Below, piece by piece: positions 1 through 7,490 of a stretch of DNA of 64,000 nt. A program made the translations under genes and the position numbers. The stretch lies in assembly GCA_041674705.1 (NCBI GenBank), contig JBAYVF010000007.1, positions 1,322 through 65,321 on the forward strand, read 5' to 3'. This DNA is from Candidatus Omnitrophota bacterium (GTDB lineage Bacteria > Omnitrophota > Omnitrophia > Omnitrophales > Aquincolibacteriaceae). Within the stretch, counting starts at the first letter, position 1. The number at the start of each line of letters is the position of its first letter. Below the pieces are notes generated by a model that ran no database searches, was not told the origin of the DNA, and saw nothing but the letters and a program-made list of their open reading frames with translations.

Positions 1-2
1 AT

Positions 3-401
3 GATGTTCCCCCGCCGCCGCTTGAGGAAAATGATCCGAGAAATCCGGCCAAGGATCCGCGCTATCAGAGTTTTAGAAAAAGTGATCTTCCGCTCACCGA
101 ATGTCTTAAAGACACGGTCGCACGCGTCCTTCCCTTCTGGCATGACGTCGTCTCGCCGATGATTCGCAACGGAAAGAAAGTTCTCATCGCGGCGCACGGC
201 AACAGCCTCCGCGCGCTCGTGAAATATTTGGACAATATCTCGGAGCAAGAGATCCTCGGTATGAACATTCCGACCGGCATTCCGCTGGTTTACGAGCTCG
301 ACAAGGACCTCAAGCCCATCAAGCATTATTATCTGGGCGATCCTGAAAAGATCAAAGCCGCGATGGATGCGGTGGCAAATCAGGGGAAAGCGAAGAAATA
401 A
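3..401 (+). CDS. gpmA: 2,3-bisphosphoglycerate-dependent phosphoglycerate mutase, C-terminal part (5' end off-window)
   Basis: The frame is open from the window edge. The translation [12 protein letters not shown]...[35 protein letters not shown]...GIPLVYELD matches the conserved C-terminal half of dPGM enzymes. Stop codon at 399-401. Confidence 0.9.
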   Translation, partial: DVPPPPLEENDPRNPAKDPRYQSFRKSDLPLTECLKDTVARVLPFWHDVVSPMIRNGKKVLIAAHGNSLRALVKYLDNISEQEILGMNIPTGIPLVYELDKDLKPIKHYYLGDPEKIKAAMDAVANQGKAKK

Positions 402-426
402 GGGTGACAACGATCACCCCATATCC

Positions 427-460
427 AAGACCCGGTCTTCGAAATTGAAGACCGGGTCTT
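427..460 (+). terminator. Perfect 13-bp-stem hairpin downstream of gpmA
   Basis: AAGACCCGGTCTT (427-439) and AAGACCGGGTCTT (448-460) are exact reverse complements with an 8-nt loop, followed by AAATTTT. Confidence 0.5.
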
Positions 461-473
461 AAATTTTGGGGTA

Positions 474-515
474 TAAAAAAGGCGAGGCTGGAAATCCGGT
501 CTCGCCTTTTTTTTT
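474..515. terminator. Bidirectional rho-independent terminator between convergent gpmA and rubrerythrin genes
   Basis: An A-run at 474-480 precedes a GGCGAG (481-486) / CTCGCC (501-506) stem, followed by a T9 run at 507-515. Confidence 0.7.
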
Positions 516-528
516 AAGCAGAATTCTT

Positions 529-1221
529 CTAGCGAACGACTACGTAGAGCTCTTTCCCCTTGCCGCAAATGGGACAGAGCTTGAAATTGACCTTCTCCAC
601 CACGTTACCGCAGAAGGTGCAGACTTCGAATTTCTTGCCTTTTCCCTTCCATGCCGCTAAATTTTCGAGAGCTTTTTTATACAGGCTGGCATGAACAGCT
701 TCGGCGGCGCCGGCATCTTCAAAGGCATCGATCGCGCCTTTGATCTGATTTTTTTCCGCTTTGGCCAGAAATTCCGGGTACATGACCGTGCTTTCATAGA
801 TCTCGCCATCCATCGCGGCCTTGAGATTGTCCGCGGTACTCTTTACGACCGGCTTTTCGATCTTGGCCGTGGGAACGCCGCCGAGTTCCTTGATCACTTT
901 GGCGTGACGCTCAAAGTGGACCCGTTCGGCACGGGCAGCAGCCCTAAAAAGGCTCCCGGCTTTGCCGTACCCTTCCGCATCCGCTTTCTTGGCAAACGCC
1001 AGGTAGCGGGCATGAGCATTGCTTTCACCGTTGAACGCGGCCTGGAGATTATCGAGCGTTGTTTTTTCAACCGGTGTCGGAGCCGCGGGGGCCATCGACA
1101 CAGCCTCAGAAACTTCGGCCGGAACTTTTCCTGCCGTCTTCATTTCTTCGGCATAAGCACAAAAGGCTATTGCTAAAGAAAAGAAAGCGGCCGCGATGAG
1201 GATCTTATTGAGATTCTTCAT
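529..1221 (-). CDS. Rubrerythrin-family protein with N-terminal Sec-type signal peptide
   Basis: 230-aa ORF with ferritin-like diiron motifs (FNGESNAHARY, AERVHFERH, GEIYES, AEAVH) and a C-terminal rubredoxin-like CTFCG...CPICG. The N-terminus MKNLNKILIAAAFFSLAIAFCAYA/EE has an n-h-c signal-peptide layout. Confidence 0.85.
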   Translation of the reverse strand: MKNLNKILIAAAFFSLAIAFCAYAEEMKTAGKVPAEVSEAVSMAPAAPTPVEKTTLDNLQAAFNGESNAHARYLAFAKKADAEGYGKAGSLFRAAARAERVHFERHAKVIKELGGVPTAKIEKPVVKSTADNLKAAMDGEIYESTVMYPEFLAKAEKNQIKGAIDAFEDAGAAEAVHASLYKKALENLAAWKGKGKKFEVCTFCGNVVEKVNFKLCPICGKGKELYVVVR

Positions 1222-1414
1222 GGATCACCCGTTAGAGATAGGAAGCGTTTTCTCAGAAATGAGTTTGAGCCACGCTTCGGTTTATTGTGATGTCGCTTGT
1301 TCTATTTTAGAAACAAAAAACGCTTCCGTTAATACCCTGAAAACCTTGCTTGATCCTTTCCCCTTCCAGTTCCAAAGGGAACTTCGCTCCCCGTTCTCAT
1401 CATCTCTAACGGGG
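1222..1414 (-). promoter_or_regulatory. Leader element copy A: long-range stem covering the ribosome-binding region of the rubrerythrin gene
   Basis: CCCGTTAGAGAT (1228-1239), which abuts the start codon at 1219-1221, is the reverse complement of ATCTCTAACGGG (1402-1413). An inner GGAAGCG (1244-1250) / CGCTTCC (1320-1326) stem is present. A local alternative CCCCGTT (1389-1395) / AACGGGG (1408-1414) pairing also exists. The element shares a 20-nt core with copy B at 34887-34906. Confidence 0.5.
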
Positions 1415-1567
1415 CTGGCTCCTTCTTTGTCGGGTTTCCAAAAATCATAAATCCAGGCGCCAGTATAACACAGAAGAACGACAGGAGAAAAACCCGGCTC
1501 TTTTTTTTCTCCGCCTTTCGCAAAGGCGAAGAACGGATCCGTCCTCGTAAGGGACGAGGCGGAAAAG

Positions 1568-2704
1568 CTAGGTTTTGACAGAGGTCTTTTCGAGTAAAAA
1601 AGCAAAAACATCTTCGGAAAGGAATTTCCCACGGGTTGTCAGACGGATTTTTTCGTTCACTTTTTCAATCAGCCCATCCTCACAAAGCGTTTTTATCCGC
1701 TCCCGCAGCGCAGGATAGATCCTCGAAAATGAAGCCGGCGTGACGCCTTCACAAAGCCTGAGGCCTGTCACAAGAGTTTCCGTTTCTTTCTCCTCTTCCG
1801 ACAGTTTATCTCCCGCATCATTCTCCCAATCCATTGCTTCACATTTCTCAAGATAGCGCATAAGGCCCGGAGCAAATTGTGAACGAACTCCGTTCAAATA
1901 AGTAAAAGCCCCGGGACCTAGCCCGAGGTATTCCTGATTGTGCCAATAGATGAGATTGTGCCGCGACGCGAGGCCCGGCTTCGCGAAGTTCGAGATCTCG
2001 TAGTGTTCATATTTCGCGCCCGTGAGCATTTCAATCGCGCTTTCGTACATCCGGGCGTGATCTTCTTCTCCCGGGAGATCCAGCTTTCCTTCTTTTTGAA
2101 GTTTCCCGAAAGGAGTCTCTCCGTGAACCTCAAGATCGTAAAGCGAGACCTGGGAAGCATTGAGCTCGATGCATCGCCGCACGGAATCGCGGAAATCCTC
2201 GACCGTCTGTCCCGGCAAGCGCAACATCAGATCAAAACTGATGTTCGAAATACCGGCCGCATGAATCTTCGCGACCGTTTCTTCGATATCCCGCGCCGCG
2301 TGCCGCCGGCCCAGCCTTTGAAGGATCTCATCCCGGAACGACTGACAGCCAAGGCTGATACGATTCACTCCGATATCATGAAGAGCTTTGAGTTTCGCGT
2401 GATCGCCATCTCCTGGATTGAATTCGCAGGTGAATTCATATCCTTTCTTGAACTGGAACGCCTTATGGACTTCGTCGGCCAGCCGCTGGAGTTCCGGAAT
2501 GCTCAAGGACGAGGGTGTCCCTCCGCCAAGATAGAACGTATCAAGGGAAAGTTTCCCATGGAACTCACGGACATGCTTTATTTCTGCGGAGAGCGCTCTA
2601 AAGAACCGTTCCTGCAAGGCTGGCGTCTGCTGCGCCGTAGTTACAAAATTGCAGTAATCGCATCGCGTACGACAAAAAGGTATGTGGAGGTAGAGGCCGC
2701 GCAT
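1568..2704 (-). CDS. hemW: Radical SAM family heme chaperone HemW / oxygen-independent coproporphyrinogen-III oxidase-like protein
   Basis: 378 aa. The N-terminal LYLHIPFCRTRCDYCNF carries the CxxxCxxC radical SAM motif, and GGGTPS and a HemN_C-like C-terminus follow. Confidence 0.85.
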   Translation of the reverse strand: MRGLYLHIPFCRTRCDYCNFVTTAQQTPALQERFFRALSAEIKHVREFHGKLSLDTFYLGGGTPSSLSIPELQRLADEVHKAFQFKKGYEFTCEFNPGDGDHAKLKALHDIGVNRISLGCQSFRDEILQRLGRRHAARDIEETVAKIHAAGISNISFDLMLRLPGQTVEDFRDSVRRCIELNASQVSLYDLEVHGETPFGKLQKEGKLDLPGEEDHARMYESAIEMLTGAKYEHYEISNFAKPGLASRHNLIYWHNQEYLGLGPGAFTYLNGVRSQFAPGLMRYLEKCEAMDWENDAGDKLSEEEKETETLVTGLRLCEGVTPASFSRIYPALRERIKTLCEDGLIEKVNEKIRLTTRGKFLSEDVFAFLLEKTSVKT

Positions 2705-2716
2705 GGCGGTATTATA

Positions 2717-2750
2717 GAGACTGGGGACTGCAGACTAAAGACCAAAGTCT
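2717..2750. repeat. AGAC(T)-unit low-complexity tract (same unit family as 15306-15388 and 28829-28904)
   Basis: The sequence is gagactggggactgcagactaaagaccaaagtct, in the divergent intergenic region. Confidence 0.4.
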
Positions 2751-2761
2751 TCCCACTTAGC

Positions 2762-2833
2762 AAGGCGTACGGAGTACGGTGTACGGCGCAACAGCGCGAA
2801 AGCAATACCCCGTACGCCTTCCGCCGTACGGGG
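2762..2833. repeat. GTACGG-rich palindromic element, copy 1
   Basis: Left arm AAGGCGTACGGAGTACGGTGTACGGCG and right arm CCCCGTACGCCTTCCGCCGTACGGGG form an imperfect inverted repeat built from GTACGG/CCGTAC units. The element contains the complement of the GGCGGAAGGCG core. Confidence 0.8.
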
Positions 2834-2874
2834 AAGTTGGCACGACTCTTGCATCTCTTAAGCTAGAATTAAGG

Positions 2875-2880
2875 TATAAT
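2875..2880 (+). promoter_or_regulatory. Candidate -10 box (TATAAT) for the PNPOx-family gene
   Basis: A perfect TATAAT lies 22 nt upstream of the ATG at 2902, with a GAGAGG RBS between them. No well-spaced -35 was found. Confidence 0.35.
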
Positions 2881-2901
2881 GAGCACAATGTGAGAGGTTT
2901 T

Positions 2902-3372
2902 ATGCCCAAGATCACCGAAAAACTTAAAGAGCTTCTTGAAAAACGGCAATTTGTCTCCGTTGCCACGGCGACTCCGGACGGAGAGCCGAACACTGCCCCA
3001 AAATTTTTCTTTCGCGCCAAGGGAAATTTCATTTATCTCCTCGATTACGTCGTGGGACGAACGGTCATCAACCTCGAAAAAAATCCGCGGGTTTCAGTTT
3101 CTTTTATGGATATAGACAGTCTGGAAGCCTACCGCTTGAATGGCACGGCAAAAATGATCGGCGAGGGCAAGGTTTTCAAAACGATCCTTAAGGAATGGGA
3201 CAAGAAATTGATCAAGATGGCCACGGCCCGGGTTATCGCAGGTGTCCAAACCGGGAAGACCCACGGCCATTACGAGCTGGAAATGGGCGAGAAGTTCATT
3301 GTTCTCAAAATCAAGATCCATCACGTCATCAAGATCGGCCGCAAAGGCGACATCTGGCAGGAGACCGGCTAA
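2902..3372 (+). CDS. Pyridoxamine 5'-phosphate oxidase-family (FMN-binding split-barrel) protein
   Basis: MPKITEKLKELLEKRQFVSVATATPDGEPNTAPKFF...NLEKNPRVSVSF is typical of the PNPOx-like family. The upstream part of ORF 2779.. is repeat-derived, and the ATG at 2902 has an RBS. Confidence 0.7.
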   Translation: MPKITEKLKELLEKRQFVSVATATPDGEPNTAPKFFFRAKGNFIYLLDYVVGRTVINLEKNPRVSVSFMDIDSLEAYRLNGTAKMIGEGKVFKTILKEWDKKLIKMATARVIAGVQTGKTHGHYELEMGEKFIVLKIKIHHVIKIGRKGDIWQETG

Positions 3373-3529
3373 AGCCTTTTTTTTCAGCCGTTGTCCACGC
3401 ACTCACCTGCAATCCGGAACCTGGCTTCGAAACCGGGTTCCAAGCCGGTAACACTGATGAAGTTTCCCGCGCTTTTTGTCGATAAAAAGGTGTCTGTTTT
3501 CCTAAATTGTTTTTACTGGAGGTCCCCTA

Positions 3530-5248
3530 ATGTTGAAACCGAAATTATTCACCACTTTAAAGAACTATTCCTGGGCACAATTCCGCGCGGACGGTGTCGC
3601 CGGGGTTATCGTCGGCGTCGTCGCCTTCCCGCTCGCGATCGCTTTTGCCATTGCCTCCGGCGTCTCCCCGGACAAGGGCCTCGTCACCGCCGTGATCGCC
3701 GGCCTCATCATCTCAGCCCTCGGCGGCAGCCGGGTCCAGATCGGCGGACCCACGGGCGCTTTTGTGGTTATTGTTTACAGCGTGCTCCAGAAATTCGGCA
3801 TGGACGGCCTCCTGGTCGCCACCATCATGGGCGGTTTGATCCTGGTCGCCATGGGACTTTTCCGTTTCGGCTCCATCATCAAATTCATTCCCTACCCTGT
3901 GATCGTGGGTTTCACGAGCGGTATCGCGGTCATTATTTTTTCGTCTCAGGTCCGGGACTTTTTCGGGCTCACCATGTACACCGTCCCCGCGCCTTTTGTG
4001 GAAAAATGGGGCGCCTACGCAAACGCATTCCATACGCTGGACTACTTCGCGCTCGGGATCGGCCTTTTTTCGCTCGGGATCCTGATCCTGTGGAAAAAGA
4101 TCTCGAATCGCATTCCTGCGGCCCTGGTCGCGATCGTCGCCGCGACGCTCATCGCCCACTATTTGAAAATCCCGGTGGAGACGATCGGCACCCGTTTCGG
4201 AGAGATCCCGAATTCCCTGCCGCATCCTGCGCTCCCGGCCATCCATTGGGACACCTTGGGAATGCTTTTACCGAGCGCCATCACGATCGCGGTGCTTGCC
4301 GGCATGGAATCACTTCTTTCCGCGGTTGTGGCGGATGGCATGATCGGCGGTAAACACCGGCCGAACATGGAACTCGTGGCCCAAGGGATCGCCAATATCG
4401 CTTCCCCTCTTTTCGGAGGCATCCCGGCCACCGGCGCCATCGCGCGCACGGCAACCAATGTCCATAACGGAGGCCGCACGCCGGTCGCAGGACTCGTTCA
4501 CGCCCTCGTCATTTTCATTATCATGTTCTTTCTTGGAAAATGGATCGCGTGGGTGCCGCTTTCCTGCCTCGCGGCGATCCTGATCGTGGTGGCCTACAAC
4601 ATGAGCGAGCGCAAATCCTTCGCGATGATCCTGAGAAGCCCCAAAAGCGATGTCGCGGTGCTCCTGGCCACTTTCCTTCTGACGGTTTTTGTGGATCTTA
4701 CGGTCGCCATTCAAGCGGGGCTTTTCCTGGCAATGCTTCTTTTCATGCGCCGCATGGCCATGGTAACCAATGTAGGGAATGTCACGGACGAGTTGAATGA
4801 TACGGATGAGCCCGAAGACCCAAATGCTCTCAGCCAGCGCAAGGTCCCGGCCAAGACCGAAGTGTATGAGATCAACGGGCCTTTCTTTTTCGGAGCGTCT
4901 TATAAATTCATGGAAGCCATGAACGAGATCGGGGTGAAATCCAAGGTGCGTATCATCCGCATGCGGCATGTGCATGTGCTCGACGCCACGGGGCTCCACA
5001 CCCTGACCGAGGCCTATAAAAACCTGAAGAAAAGCGGCATCGTGTTCATTATCTCAGACCTCCACGCGCAACCCTTGGTGGCCATGGAAAGGTCGGGGCT
5101 TTTGTATGAGATCGGCGAGGACAATATCTTCGGAAATATTGATGAGGCCCTGAACCGCGCCCGCGAGATCCTCGGATTGCCGCAGGTTCCGCGCCCGGGT
5201 CCGTTCGTCCCCACCGTCGCAAGGGAAAAAGAGCTTCCCGCCTCTTAA
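3530..5248 (+). CDS. SulP-family anion transporter with C-terminal STAS domain
   Basis: 572 aa and polytopic. It contains the conserved AFPLAIAFAIASGVSP and GGSRVQIGGPTGAF segments and a STAS-like C-terminus (VYEINGPFFFGA...RMRHVHVLDATG). Confidence 0.9.
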   Translation: MLKPKLFTTLKNYSWAQFRADGVAGVIVGVVAFPLAIAFAIASGVSPDKGLVTAVIAGLIISALGGSRVQIGGPTGAFVVIVYSVLQKFGMDGLLVATIMGGLILVAMGLFRFGSIIKFIPYPVIVGFTSGIAVIIFSSQVRDFFGLTMYTVPAPFVEKWGAYANAFHTLDYFALGIGLFSLGILILWKKISNRIPAALVAIVAATLIAHYLKIPVETIGTRFGEIPNSLPHPALPAIHWDTLGMLLPSAITIAVLAGMESLLSAVVADGMIGGKHRPNMELVAQGIANIASPLFGGIPATGAIARTATNVHNGGRTPVAGLVHALVIFIIMFFLGKWIAWVPLSCLAAILIVVAYNMSERKSFAMILRSPKSDVAVLLATFLLTVFVDLTVAIQAGLFLAMLLFMRRMAMVTNVGNVTDELNDTDEPEDPNALSQRKVPAKTEVYEINGPFFFGASYKFMEAMNEIGVKSKVRIIRMRHVHVLDATGLHTLTEAYKNLKKSGIVFIISDLHAQPLVAMERSGLLYEIGEDNIFGNIDEALNRAREILGLPQVPRPGPFVPTVAREKELPAS

Positions 5249-5271
5249 AAAAATTATTTTTTGCATCGCCG

Positions 5272-5301
5272 CATCCCTTCCGCGTGTCTTCCGGAAGGAT
5301 G
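5272..5301 (+). terminator. Hairpin terminator after the SulP gene
   Basis: CATCCCTTCCG ... CGGAAGGATG forms a stem of about 10 bp with one bulge, followed by the T-rich TTGATTTTC. Confidence 0.5.
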
Positions 5302-5329
5302 TTGATTTTCAAAAAAAAGAGCGTATATT
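5302..5329 (+). promoter_or_regulatory. Candidate sigma70-type promoter for the kdp leader
   Basis: TTGATT (5302-5307), a 16-nt spacer, then TATATT (5324-5329), placed just upstream of the riboswitch. Confidence 0.4.
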
Positions 5330-5340
5330 AACCAGCTTAT

Positions 5341-5470
5341 ATGCCGAGTCCGCAGCCCCATCGCGGAACGGGGGACCCAAGAACCATAAGGGGCGAATTG
5401 GCTGCCTGAAATCAGGCGCCGAGAGGTCTGATCCTCGACCTTAGCCCGTCAGCTAACCCCGTAGGCGAAA
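5341..5470 (+). promoter_or_regulatory. c-di-AMP riboswitch (ydaO/yuaA class) in the kdp leader
   Basis: The class signature strings appear in the correct order: AACGGGGGACCCAAGAACC, GGGGCGAAUUG, CCGAGAGG and CCCGUCAGCUAACCCCGUAGGCG. The corresponding B. subtilis ydaO strings, from memory, are GCGGGGGACCCAAUAGAAC, GGGGUGAAUC and CCGUCAGCUAACCUCGUAAGCG. Confidence 0.85.
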
Positions 5471-5553
5471 GAGAGGTTTTTATGTCCCATGAAGCTTGGT
5501 CTGTGAAATTCTTTTCCTTTTATTCCCCTCTTCACAATCATTAGAACTCCGCC

Positions 5554-5634
5554 ATGGACCTATCTATTGTTTTCATCCTCGTAGGACTTATTGGAATTAC
5601 TTTTTTGCTGATCCATGGGATCGATCAGCTTTAG
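5554..5634 (+). CDS. Candidate 26-aa hydrophobic peptide upstream of kdpF
   Basis: The ORF encodes MDLSIVFILVGLIGITFLLIHGIDQL, a single predicted TM helix. It lies between the riboswitch and kdpF. No homology evidence is available. Confidence 0.3.
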   Translation: MDLSIVFILVGLIGITFLLIHGIDQL

Positions 5635-5647
5635 AAAGGGGCTTCTT

Positions 5648-5740
5648 ATGACACTTATTTATTGGATCGGCGGAATCGTCTTCCTCTTGCTTTTTGTTTA
5701 TCTTGTGGCCGCTCTTCTGAAACCGGAACTGTTCTCATGA
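5648..5740 (+). CDS. kdpF: K+-transporting ATPase subunit F
   Basis: The 30-aa product [30 protein letters not shown] has the KdpF-type YLxxALLxPExF ending. An AAAGGGG RBS is present, and the stop overlaps the kdpA ATG (ATGA at 5737-5740). Confidence 0.8.
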   Translation: MTLIYWIGGIVFLLLFVYLVAALLKPELFS

Positions 5741-7479
5741 CCGCAAATAACCTCATTCAATGTTTTGTTTTTCTGGCTTTGCTCCTTTTGTGCGTTAAGC
5801 CGCTCGGCGCCTACATGGCGCGTATCTATTCCGGAGAGCCCGCCTGGTTAAACAAGTGGCTGGAACCCTTGGAGAATGGATTTTACAAGCTTTGCGGCGT
5901 TAAGCCTGAAGAGGAAATGGGCTGGAAGACCTATACGGTCGCGATGATGCTCTTCAACATTCTTGGAATCCTCGCGGTTTATGCGCTCCAACGTTTCCAG
6001 GCCATGCTTCCTTTTAACCCGACGCACATGCCGGCAGTCCCGGCAGATCTTGCTTTCAATACCGCTGTCAGTTTTGCTACAAATACGAACTGGCAAAGCT
6101 ACGGCGGCGAAACCACGTTGAGTTATTTGACGCAGATGCTGGCGTTGACCGTTCAGAATTTCGTCTCGGCAGCCTGCGGCATGGCCGTTCTTGTGGCGCT
6201 GATCCGTGGATTTATCCGTAAACAGGCGCAAACGATCGGGAATTTTTGGGTCGACCTTGTCCGCTCTGTTCTCTATATCCTACTTCCACTCGCCTTTGTT
6301 TTTTCCATTGTTTTGGTTTCTCAGGGCGTTGTTCAAACCCTCCGTCCTTCTCAAAAAATCGTCCTCCTTCAGCCGATCAAAGATCCGTCCGGAAAGACCA
6401 TCGTCGGCCAAGAACTAGCTCTCGGCCCCGCCGCGTCACAAGTGGCAATCAAACAGCTCGGGACCAATGGCGGCGGCTTTTTTAATGTTAATTCCGCGCA
6501 TCCGTTCGAGAATCCCACGCCGCTTTCTAATTTACTGGAAGTCCTTGCGATCCTGCTGATCCCCGCGGCGCTGTGTTATACCTTTGGCTCCATGGTCAAA
6601 GACAAGCGGCAGGGATGGGCGTTGCTTATCGCCATGCTGATCATTTTCATTCCTTGTCTTCTGACCTGCGTACGTGCCGAACAATCCGGAAATCCCCTTC
6701 TGACGAAACTGGGGATCGATCAGTCCGCCAGCGCGCTTCAGGCCGGTGGAAATATGGAAGGCAAGGAAGCCCGTTTCGGGATCGTGAATTCCGCGATCTG
6801 GGCCACGGCAACGACCGCCGCATCGAACGGCTCGGTCAATGCCATGCACGATTCTTTTATGCCACTCGGCGGACTGATCCCTCTCTGGCTGATACAACTT
6901 GGAGAAGTCGTCTTCGGCGGGGTCGGGTCCGGTCTCTACGGCATGATCGCCTTCGCCATTGTTGCGGTTTTTGTCGCGGGGCTCATGGTCGGACGGACGC
7001 CTGAATATCTCGGGAAAAAGATCGAATCTTATGAAATGAAAATGGCCTCAATCATGATCCTGATCCCGACGATCGTGGTGCTTATGGGAACTGCGATCGC
7101 GGTCGTGCTTCCGGCCGGAAAAGGAGCGATCTCTAATCCCGGGCCGCACGGGTTCAGTGAAATCCTTTATGCTTTTTCTTCGGCCGGCAACAATAACGGC
7201 AGCGCCTTTGCCGGACTCTCCACGAATAACTTTTTTTATAATATCGCCCTGGGATTCGCCATGTTCCTTGCAAGATATTGGCTGGCAATCCCGGCGCTGG
7301 CGATCGCAGGATCTTTAGCAAAAAAGAAAATCGTCCCTACAAGCCCGGGGACTTTGCCGACTCATACGCCGCTTTTCATCCTGTTCCTGGTTGCCGTCAT
7401 CCTGATTGTCGGCGCTTTGACATTTTTCCCGGCGCTCGCCCTCGGTCCTATTGTGGAACATCTGATGATCGCCGGTTAA
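5737..7479 (+). CDS. kdpA: K+-transporting ATPase subunit A
   Basis: [31 protein letters not shown]... is a polytopic protein with KdpA selectivity-filter-like segments ([27 protein letters not shown]). The start was chosen at the ATG overlapping the kdpF stop. Confidence 0.95.
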   Translation: MTANNLIQCFVFLALLLLCVKPLGAYMARIYSGEPAWLNKWLEPLENGFYKLCGVKPEEEMGWKTYTVAMMLFNILGILAVYALQRFQAMLPFNPTHMPAVPADLAFNTAVSFATNTNWQSYGGETTLSYLTQMLALTVQNFVSAACGMAVLVALIRGFIRKQAQTIGNFWVDLVRSVLYILLPLAFVFSIVLVSQGVVQTLRPSQKIVLLQPIKDPSGKTIVGQELALGPAASQVAIKQLGTNGGGFFNVNSAHPFENPTPLSNLLEVLAILLIPAALCYTFGSMVKDKRQGWALLIAMLIIFIPCLLTCVRAEQSGNPLLTKLGIDQSASALQAGGNMEGKEARFGIVNSAIWATATTAASNGSVNAMHDSFMPLGGLIPLWLIQLGEVVFGGVGSGLYGMIAFAIVAVFVAGLMVGRTPEYLGKKIESYEMKMASIMILIPTIVVLMGTAIAVVLPAGKGAISNPGPHGFSEILYAFSSAGNNNGSAFAGLSTNNFFYNIALGFAMFLARYWLAIPALAIAGSLAKKKIVPTSPGTLPTHTPLFILFLVAVILIVGALTFFPALALGPIVEHLMIAG

Positions 7480-7490
7480 AGGAGCTTTGC

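Noticed and set aside
691-1176. 161-aa plus-strand ORF antisense to the rubrerythrin gene
   Set aside because: It lies entirely inside a gene with clear family motifs on the other strand. Its translation is low-complexity (R/G/F-rich) with no recognisable motif, which is typical of a shadow ORF.
1940-2866. 308-aa plus-strand ORF antisense to hemW
   Set aside because: It is a shadow ORF of a well-supported radical SAM gene, and its 3' end runs through the GTACGG repeat.
2779-2901. N-terminal extensions offered by the ORF track (2779 for the PNPOx gene; likewise 5662-5736 for kdpA, 7278-7490 for kdpB, 26447-26494 for sodB and 41255-41317 for the small membrane protein)
   Set aside because: The extensions translate repeat or upstream-gene sequence. 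Internal ATGs with RBS-like sequences give N-termini that match the families.
3391-4353. 320-aa ORF (+2 frame) overlapping the SulP gene
   Set aside because: Its composition is extremely Arg/Pro/His/Gly-rich, typical of an off-frame reading of a GC-rich membrane-protein gene. The SulP frame has clear family motifs.
5482-5544. 20-aa ORF MSHEAWSVKFFSFYSPLHNH right after the riboswitch
   Set aside because: It has no hydrophobic or otherwise recognisable character. It probably lies within the riboswitch expression platform, and nothing supports it as coding.
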